NCBI RefSeq assembly: GCF_009914755.1
Contig: NC_060948.1
Reading direction: 5' to 3' (one strand)
DNA: 64,000 nt
Source: the human T2T-CHM13v2.0 reference genome, Homo sapiens
Shown here: piece by piece, positions 54,801 to 64,000 of the stretch
How the letters are laid out: each line of letters begins with the position of its first letter
Numbering within the stretch: position 1 is the stretch's first letter
Position numbers and translations under genes: made by a program
Notes under the pieces: model-generated
What the model was told of the DNA's origin: nothing
What the model saw: the letters and a program-made list of their open reading frames with translations, nothing else
The model's database searches: none

Positions 54801-57800
54801 CCACCTTTAGAGTCTGCATTGGGCCTGGGTCTCATGGAGGAGAAATAGAGAGCAGACTGTGCAACCTTTAGAGTCTGCATTGGGCCTAGGTCTCATTGAG
54901 GACAGATGGAGAGCAGACTGTGCAACCTTTAGAGTCTGCATTGGGTCTATGTCTCATTGAGGGCAGATAGAGACCAGACTGTGCAACCTTTAGAGTTTGC
55001 ATTGGGCCTAGGTCTCATTGAGGGCAGATAGAGAGCAGACTGTGCCACCTTTAGAGTCTACATTGGGCCTAGGTCTCATTGAGGACAGATAGAGAGCAGA
55101 CTGTGCAACCTTTATAGTCTGCACTGGGCCTAGGTCTCTTTGAGGACAGACAGAGAGCAGACTGTGCAAACTTTAGAGTCTGCACTGGGCCTAGGTGTCA
55201 TTGAGGACAGATAGAGACCAGACTGTGCAACCTTTAGAGTCTGCATTGGGCCTAGGTCTCCTTGAGGTCAGATAGGCAGCAGACTGTGCAACCTTTAGAG
55301 TCTGCATTGGGTCTAGGTCTAATTGCGGACAGATGGAGAGCAGACTATGCAAAGTTTACAGTCTGCATTGGGCCTGGGTCTCATTGAGGACAGATAGAGA
55401 GCAGACTGTGCAACCTTTAGAGTCTCTATTGGGCCTAGGTCTCATTGAGGACAGATAGAGAGCAGACTGTGCAACCTTTAGAGTCTGCATTGGGCCTAGG
55501 TCTCATTGAGGGCAGATAGAGAGCAGGCTCGGCAACCCTTAGAGTCTGCGTTGGGCTTAGATCTCATTGAGGACAGATAGAGAGCATACTATGCAACCTT
55601 TAGAGTCTGCACTGGGCCTAGGTCTCATTGAGGACACATAGAGAGCAGACTGTGGAACCTTTAGAGTCTGCATTGGGCCTATGTCTCAATGAGGACAGTT
55701 AGAGAGCAGACTGTGCAACCTTTAGAGTCTGCATTGGGCCTAGGTCTCATTGAGGACAGATAGAGAGCAGACTGTAGAACCTTTATAGTCTGCATTGGGC
55801 CTAGGTCTCATTGAGGTCAGATAGAGAGCAGACTGTGCAAGCTTTAGAGTCTGCACTTGGCCTAGGTCTCATTGAGGACAGATAGAGAGCAGACTGTGCA
55901 ACCTTTAGAGTCTGCATTGGGCCTAGGTCTTATTGAGGGCAGATAGAGACCAGACTATGCAACGTTTAGAGTCTGCATTGGGCCTAGGTGTCATTGAGGG
56001 CAGTTAGAGAGCAGACTGTGCTACCTTTAGAGTCTGCATTAGGCCTAGGTCTCATTGAGAGCAGATAGAGAGCACACTGTGCAAACTTTAGAGTCGGCAT
56101 TGGGCCTAGGTCTCATTGAGGACAGATAGAGACCGGACTGTGCAACCTTTAGAGTCTGCATTGGGCCTAGGTCTCATTGAGGACAGATAAAGAGCAGACT
56201 AGGCAACCATTAGAGTCGGCACTGGTCCTAAGTCTCATTGAGGACAGATATAGAGGAGACTGTGTAACCTTTAGAGTCTGCATTGGGCCTGGGTCTCATT
56301 GAGGACAGATAGCGACCAGACTGTGCAACCTTTAGAGTCTGCATTGGGTCTAGGTCTCATTGAGGGCAGTTAGAGAGCAGACTGTGCCACCTTTAGAGTC
56401 TGCATTGGGCCTAGGTCTCATCGACAGCAGATAGAGAGCACACTGTGCAACCTCTAGAGTCGGCATTGGGCCTAGGTCTCATTGAGGACAGATAGAGACC
56501 AGACTGTTAAAACTTTAGAGTCTGCATTGGGCCTAGGTCTAATTGAGGACAGATAGAGGGCAGACTGTGCAACCTTTAGAGTCTGCATTGGGCCTAGGTC
56601 TCATTGAGGGCAGATAGAGAGCAGGCTCGGGAACCCTTAGAGTCTGCATTGGGCCTAGATCTCATTGAGGACAGATAGAGAGCATACTATGCAACCTTTA
56701 GAGTCTGCATTGGGCCTAGGTCTCATTGAGAGCACATAGAGAGCAGACTGTGCAACCTTTAGAGTCTGCATTGGGCCTATGTCTCATTGAGGACAGTTAG
56801 AGAGCAGGCTGTGCAACCTTTACAGTCTGCATTTGGCCTAGGTCTCATTGAGGACAGAAAGAGACCAGAGTGCGCAAACTTTAGAGTCTGCATTGGGCCT
56901 AGGTCTCATTGAGGACAGATAGAGAGCAGACTGTAGAACCTTTATAGTCTGCATTGGGCCTAGGTCTCATTGAGGTCAGATAGAGAGCAGACTGTGCAAG
57001 CTTTAGAGTCTGCACTTGGCCTAGGTCTCATTGAGGACAGATAGAGAACAGACTGTGCAACCTTTAGAGTCTGCATTGGGCCTAGGTCTCATTGAGGGCA
57101 GTTAGAGAGCAGACTGTGCAACCTTTAGAGTCTGCATTGGGCCTAGGTCTCATTGAGAGCAGATAGAGAGCACACTGTGCAACCTCTAGAGTCGGCATTG
57201 GGCCTAGGTCTCATTGAGGACAGATAGAGACCAGACTGTGCAAACTTTAGAGTCTGCATTGGGCCTAGGTCTCATTGAGGACAGATAGAGGGCAGACTGT
57301 GCAACCTTTAGAGTCTGCATTGAGCCTAGGTCTCATTGAGGACAGATAGAGAGCAGACTGTGCAACCTTTCGAGTCTGCACTGGGCCTAGGTCTCATTGA
57401 GGGCATATAGAGACCATACTGTGCAAACTTTAGAGTCTGCATTGGGTCTAGGTCTCACTGAGGAGAGATAGAGAGCAGACTTTGCAAACTTTAGAGTCTG
57501 CATTAGGTCTAGGTCTCACTGAGGACTGATAGAGAGCAGACTATGCAACTTTAGAGTCTGCACTGGCCCTAGGTCTCATTGAGGACAGATAGAGAGCAGA
57601 CTGCGCAAACTTTAGAGTCTGCATTGGGTCTAGGTCTCATTGAGGACAGATAGAGAGCACACTGTGTAACCTTTAGAGTCTGCATAGAGCCTCGGTCTCA
57701 TTGAGGACCGATAGAGAGCAGACTGTGCCACCTTTAGAGTCTGCATTGGGCCTGGGTCTCACTGAGGAGAAATAGAGAGCAGACTGTGCAACCTTTAGAG

Positions 57801-60800
57801 TCTGCATTGGGCCTAGGTCTCATTGAGGACAGATGGAGAGCAGACTGTGCAACCTTTAGAGTCTGCATTGGGCCTAGGTCTCATTGAGGGCAGATAGAGA
57901 GCAGACTGTGCAACCTTTAGAGTCTGCATTGGGCCTAGGTCTCATTGAGAGCAGATAGAGAGCATACTGTGCAACCTTTAGAGTCGGCATTGGGCCTAGG
58001 TCTCATTGAGGACAGATAGAGACCAGACTGTGCAACCTTTAGAGTCTGCATTGGGCCTAGGTCTCATTGAGGACAGATAGAGAGCAGACTATGCAACCAT
58101 TAGAGTCGACACTGGTCCTAGGTCTCATTGAGGACAGATATAGAGCAGACTGTGCAACCTTTAGAGTCTGCATTGTGCATGGGTCTCATTGAGGACAGAT
58201 AGAGAGCAGACTAGGCAACCATTAGAGTCGACACTGGTCCTAGGTCTAATTGAGGACAGATATAGTGCAGACTGTGCAACCTTTAGAGTCTGCATTGGGC
58301 CTGGGTCTCATTGAGGACAGATAGAGACCAGACTGTGCAACCTTTAGAGTCTGCACTGGGCCTAGGTCTCATTGAGGACAGATAGAGGGCAGACTGTGCA
58401 ACCTTTAGAGTCTGCATTGGGCCTAGGTCTCATTGAGGACAGATAGAGAGCAGACTGTGCAACCTTTAGAGTCTGCACTGGGCCTAGGTCTCATTGAGGG
58501 CAGATAGAGACCATACTGTGCAACCTTTAGAATCTGCATTGGGTCTAGGTCTCACTGAGGAGAGATAGAGAGCAGACTTTGCAAACTTTAGAGTCTGCAT
58601 TGGGTCTAGGTCTCACTGAGGACTGATAGAGAGCAGACTATGCAACCTTTAGAGTCTGCACTGGCACTAGGTCTCATTGAGGACAGATACAGAGCAGACT
58701 GCGCAAACTTTAGAGTCTGCATTGGGCCTAGGTCTCATTGAGGACAGATAGAGAGCACACTGTGTAACCTTTAGAGTCTGCATAGGGCCTCGGTCTCTAT
58801 GAGGACCGATAGAGAGCAGACTGTGCAACCTTTAGAGTCTGCATTGGGCCTGGGTCTCATTGAGGACAAATAGAGAGCAGACTGTGCAACCTTTAGAGTC
58901 TGCATTGGGCCTAGGTCTCATTGAGGAGAGATGGAGAGCAGACTGTGCAACCTTTAGAGTCTGCATTGGGCCTAGGTCTCATTGAGAGCAGATAGAGAGC
59001 AGAGTGTGCAACCTTTAGAGTCTGCATTGGGCCTAGGTCTCATTGAGGGCAGATAGAGACCAGACTGTGCAACCTTTAGAGTCTGCATTGGGCCTAGGTC
59101 TCATTGAGAGCAGATAGAGAGCAGACTGTGCAACCTTTAGAGTCTGCATTGAGCCTAGGTCTCATTGAGGAGAGATAGAGAGCAGACTGTGCAACCTTTA
59201 GAGTCTGCATTGGGCCTAGGTCTCATTGAGGACAGATGGAGAGCACACTGTGCAACCTTTAGAGTCCGCATTGGGCCTAGGTGTCATTGAGGACAGATAG
59301 AGACCAGACTGTGCAACCTTTAGAGTCTGCATTGGGCCTAGGTCTCCTTGAGGTCAGATAGACAGCAGACTCTGCAACCTTTAGAGTCTGCATTGGGCCT
59401 AGGTCTAATTGCGGACAGATAGACAGCAGACTGTGCAACGTTTAGAGTCTGCATTGGGCCTAGGTCTAATTGCGGACAGATAGAGAGCAGACTATGCAAC
59501 GTTTAGAGTCTGCATTGGGCCTGGGTCTCATTGAGGACAGATAGAGAGCAGACTGTGCAACCTTTAGAGTCTCTATTGGGCCTAGGTCTCATTGAGGACA
59601 GATAGGGAGCGGACTGTGCAACCTTTAGAGTCTGCATTGGGCCTAGGTCTCATTGACGGCAGACAGAGAGCAGGCTCGGCAACCCTTAGAGTCTGCATTG
59701 GGCCTAGATCTCATTGAGGACAGATAGAGAGCATACTATGCAACCTTTAGAGTCTGCACTGGGCTTAGTTCTCATTGAGGAAACATAGAGAGCAGACTGT
59801 GCAACCTTTAGAGTCTGCATTAGGCCTATGTCTCATTGAGGACAGTTAGAGAGCAGACTGTGCTACCTTTAGAGTCTGCATTTGGCCTAGGTCTCATTGA
59901 GTACAGAAAGAGACCAGAGTGTGCAACCTTTAGAGTCTGCATTGGGCCTGGGTCTCATTGAGGACAGATAGAGAGGAGACTGTAGAACCTTTATAGTCTG
60001 CATTGGGCCTAGGTCTCATTGAGGTCAGATAGGGAGCAGACTGGGCAAGCTTTAGAGTCTGCACTTGGCCTAGGTCTCATTGAGGACAGATAGAGAACAG
60101 ACTGTGCAACCTTTAGAGTCTGCATTGGGCCTAGGTCTCATTGAGGGCAGTTAGAGAGCAGACTGTGCAACCTTTAGAGTCTGCATTGGGCCTAGGTCTC
60201 ATTGAGAGCAGATAGAGAGCACACTGTGCAACCTCTAGAGTCGGCATTGGGCCTAGGTCTCATTGAGGACAGATAGAGACCAGACTGTGCAAACTTTAGA
60301 GTCTGCATTGGGCCTAGGTCTCATTGAGGACAGATACAGGGCAGACTGTGCAACCTTTAGAGTCTGCATTGGGCCTAGGTCTCATTGAGGTCAGATAGAG
60401 AGCAGACTGTGCAACCTTTAGAGTCTGCACTGGGCCTAGGTCTCATTGAGGGCAGATAGAGACCATACTGTGCAACCTTTAGAGTCTGCATTGGGTCTAG
60501 GTCTCACTGAGGAGAGATAGAGAGCAGACTTTGCAAACTTTAGAGTCTGCATTAGGTCTAGGTCTCACTGAGGACTGATAGAGAGCAGATTATGCAACCT
60601 TTAGAGTCTGCACTGGCCCTAGGTCTCATTGAGGACAGATAGAGAGCAGACTGCGCAAACTTTAGAGTCTGCATTGGGCCTAGGTCTCATTGAGGACAGA
60701 TAGAGAGCACACTGTGTAACCTTTAGAGTCTGCATAGGGCCTCGGTCTCATTGAGGACCGATAGAGAGCAGACTGTGCCACCTTTAGAGTCTGCATTGGG

Positions 60801-63800
60801 CCTGGGTCTCATTGAGGAGAAATAGAGAGCAGACTGTGCAACCTTTAGAGTCTGCATTGGGCCTAGGTCTCATTGAGGACAGATGGAGAGCAGACTGTGC
60901 AACCTTTAGAGTCTGCATTGGGCCTAGGTCTCATTGAGGGCACATAGAGAGCAGACTGTGCAACCTTTAGAGTCTGCATTGGGCCTAGGTCTCATTGAGA
61001 GAAGATAGAGAGCATACAGTGCAACCTTTAGAGTCGGCATTGGGCCTAGGTCTCATTGAGGACAGATAGAGACCAGACTGTGAAACCTTTAGAGTCTGCA
61101 TTGGGCCTAGGTCTCATTGAGGACAGATAGAGAGCAGAGTAGGCAACCATTAGAGTCGGCACTGGTCCTAGGTCTCATTGAGGACAGATATAGAGCAGAC
61201 TGTGCAACCTTTAGAGTCTGCATTGGGCCTGGGTCTCATTGAGGACAGATAGAGAGCAGACTGTGCAACCTTTAGAGGCTGCACTGGGCCTAGGTCTCAT
61301 TGAGGACAGATAGAGGGCAGACTGTGCAACCTTTAGAGTCTGCATTGGGCCTAGGTCTCATTGAGGACCGATAGAGAGCAGACTGTGCAACCTTTAGAGT
61401 CTGCACTGGGCCTAGGTCTCATTGAGGGCAGATAGAGACCATACTGTGCAACCTTTAGAGTCTGCATTGGGCCTAGGTCTCACTGAGGAGAGATAGAGAG
61501 CACACTGTGTAACCTTTAGAGACTGCATAGGGCCTCGGTCTCATTGAGGACCGATAGAGAGCAGACTGTGCCACCTTTAGAGTCTGCATTGGGCCTGGGT
61601 CTCATTGAGGACAAATAGAGAGCAGACTGTGCAACCTTTAGAGTCTGCATTGGGCCTAGGTCTCATTGAGGACAGATGGAGAGCAGACTGTGCAACCTAT
61701 AGAGTCTGCATTGGGCCTAGGTCTCATTGAGGACAGATGGAAAGCAGACTGTGCAACCTTTAGAGTCTGCATTGGACCTAGGTCTCATTGAGGACAGATA
61801 GAGAGCAGACTATGCAAACTTTAGAGGCTGGACTGAGCCTAGGTCTCATTGAGGACAGATAGAGAGCAGACTGTGCAACCTTTACAGTCTGCATTGGGCC
61901 TGGGCCTCATTCAGGACAGATAGAGACCAGACTGCGCAACCTTTAGAGTCTGCATTGGGCCTAGGTCTCATTGAGAGTAGATAGAGAGCAGACTGTGCAA
62001 CCTTTAGAGTCTACATTGGGCCTAGGTCTCATTGAGGGCAGATAGAGAGCAGACTGTGCAACCTTTAGAGTCTGCACTTGGCCTAGGTCTCATTGAGGAC
62101 ACATAGAGAGCAGACTGTGCAACCTTTAGAGTCTGCATTGGGCCTAGGTCTCGTTGAGGGCAGATAGAGAGCAGACTGTGCAAACTTTAGAGTTTGCATT
62201 GGGCCTAGGTCTCATTGAGGAGAGATAGAGAGCAGACTGTGCAACCTTTAGAGTCTGCATTGGGCCTAGGTCTCATTGAGGACAGATGGAGAGCACACTG
62301 TGCAACCTTTAGAGTCCGCATTGGGCCTAGGTCTCATTGAGGACAGATAGAGACCAGACTGTGCAACCTTTAGTGTTTGCATTGGGCCTAGGTCTCATTG
62401 AGGGCAGATAGAGAGCAGAATGTGCAACCCTTAGAGTCTGCATTGGGCCTAGGTCTCATTGAGGACAGATAGAGAGCAGACTGTGCAACCTTTAGAGTCT
62501 GCACTGGGCCTAGGTCTCTTTGAGGACAGACAGAGAGCAGACTGTGCAAACTTTAGAGTCTGCACTGGGCCTAGGTCTCATTGAGGACACATAGAGAGCA
62601 GACTGTGCAACCTTTAGAGTCTGCATTGGGCCTATGTCTCATTGAGGACAGTTAGAGAGCAGACTGTGCAAACTTTAGAGTCTGCATTTGGCCTACGTCT
62701 CATTGAGGACAAAAAGAGACCAGAGTGTGCAACCTTTAGAGTCGGCATTGGGACTCGGTCTCATTGAGGACAGATAGAGAGCAGACTGTAGAACCTTCAT
62801 AGTCTGCATTGGGCCTAGGTCTCATTGAGGTCAGATAGAGAGCAGACTGTGCAAGCTTTAGAGTCTGCACTTGGCCTAGGTCTCATTGAGGACAGATAGA
62901 GAGCAGACTGTGCAAACTTTAGAGTCTGCATTGGGCCTAGGTCTCATTGAGGGCAGATAGAGACCAGACTATGCAACGTTTAGAGTCTGCATTGGGCCTA
63001 GGTGTCATTGAGGGCAGTTAGAGAGCAGACTGTGCAACCTTTAGAATCTGCATTGGGCCTAGGTCTCATTGAGAGCAGATAGAGAGCACACTGTGCAAAC
63101 TTTAGAGTCGGCATTGGGCCTAGGTCTCATTGAGGACAGATAGAGACCGGACTGTGCAACCTTTAGAGTCTGCATTGGGCCTAGGTCTCATTGAGGACAG
63201 ATAGAGAGCACACTAGGCAACCATTAGAGTCCGCACTGGTCCTAGGTCTCATTGAGGACAGATATAGAGCAGACTGTGCAACCTTTAGAGTCTGCATTGG
63301 GCCTGGGTCTCATTGAGGACAGATAGCGACCAGACTGTACAACCTTTAGAGTCTGCATTGGGCTTAGGTCTCATTGAGGGCAGTTAGAGAGCAGACTGTG
63401 CAACCTTTAGAGTCTGCATTGGGCCTAGGTCTCATTGAGAGCAGATAGAGAGCACACTGTGCAACCTCTAGAGTCGGCATTGGGCCTAGGTCTCATTGAG
63501 GACAGATAGAGACCAGACTGTTGAAACTTTAGAGGCTGCATTGGGCCTAGGTCTCATTGAGGACAGATAGAGGGCAGACTGTGCAACCTTTAGAGTCTGC
63601 AATGGACCTAGGTCTCATTGAGGACAGATACGGAGCAGACTGTGCAAACTTTAAAGTCTGCACTGAGCCTAGGTCTCATTGAGGGCAGATAGAGACCAGA
63701 CTGTGCAACCTTTAGAGTCTGCATTGGGTCTAGGTCTCACTGAGGCGAGATAGAGAGCAGACTTTGCAAACTTTAGAGTCTCCATTGGGTCTAGGTCTCA

Positions 63801-64000
63801 CTGAGGACTGACAGGAGCAGACTATGCAACCTTTAGAGTCTGCACTGGCCCTAGGTCTCATTGAGGACAGATAGAGAGCAGACTGCGCAAACTTTAGAGT
63901 CTGCATTGGGCCTAGGTCTCACTGAGGACAGATAGAGAGCACACTGTGTAACCTTTAGAGTCTGCATAGAGCCTCGGTCTCATTGAGGACAGATAGAGAG
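21839..64000. repeat. 61-bp tandem repeat array (DXYS20-type), about 690 units, running off the window end
   Basis: Consensus GACTGTGCAACCTTTAGAGTCTGCATTGGGCCTAGGTCTCATTGAGGACAGATAGAGAGCA (61 bp); no insertions seen in 42 kb. Locus name is from recall of the distal PAR1 61-bp VNTR. Confidence 0.97.

Noticed and set aside
21839-64000. CRISPR array, or the 61-bp element of the 61-29-37 TERRA promoter
   Set aside because: No unique spacers and no cas genes in a human context; the array has a CpG-free consensus and lacks the 29/37-bp partners, so the shared length appears coincidental.

Overview
This is not a microbial window. It is the extreme tip of the human X/Y short arm (pseudoautosomal region 1, Xp/Yp), read from the telomere inward; X and Y cannot be told apart from this sequence. 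In order it contains: about 5.66 kb of (CCCTAA)n with patterned CCCTCA variant repeats; a 5'-truncated LTR12 joined directly to the telomere, with no TAR1; a 4-copy ~64-bp minisatellite; and an LTR6. Next comes a direct segmental duplication (~7.9-11.1 kb and ~11.9-16.2 kb), each copy holding LTR2B, a short internal telomeric seed, AluJ, a ~31-bp C-rich minisatellite (DXYS14-type) and a CpG island with phased TGACG motifs. After that are nested MLT1/L1M/Alu/LTR2B elements, and from 21839 to the window end a >42-kb array of a 61-bp repeat (DXYS20-type) with several levels of higher-order duplication. No protein-coding gene is supported and I found no convincing new multi-gene system. The best leads are: an AUG in strong Kozak context on the TERRA strand that reads into the telomere as poly-Gly-Leu and is stopped only by a variant repeat; a telomere-abutting LTR12 promoter; the duplicated, homogenised CpG island; and the structure of the two minisatellites. 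Family, locus and primer names are from recall, not from a database search.
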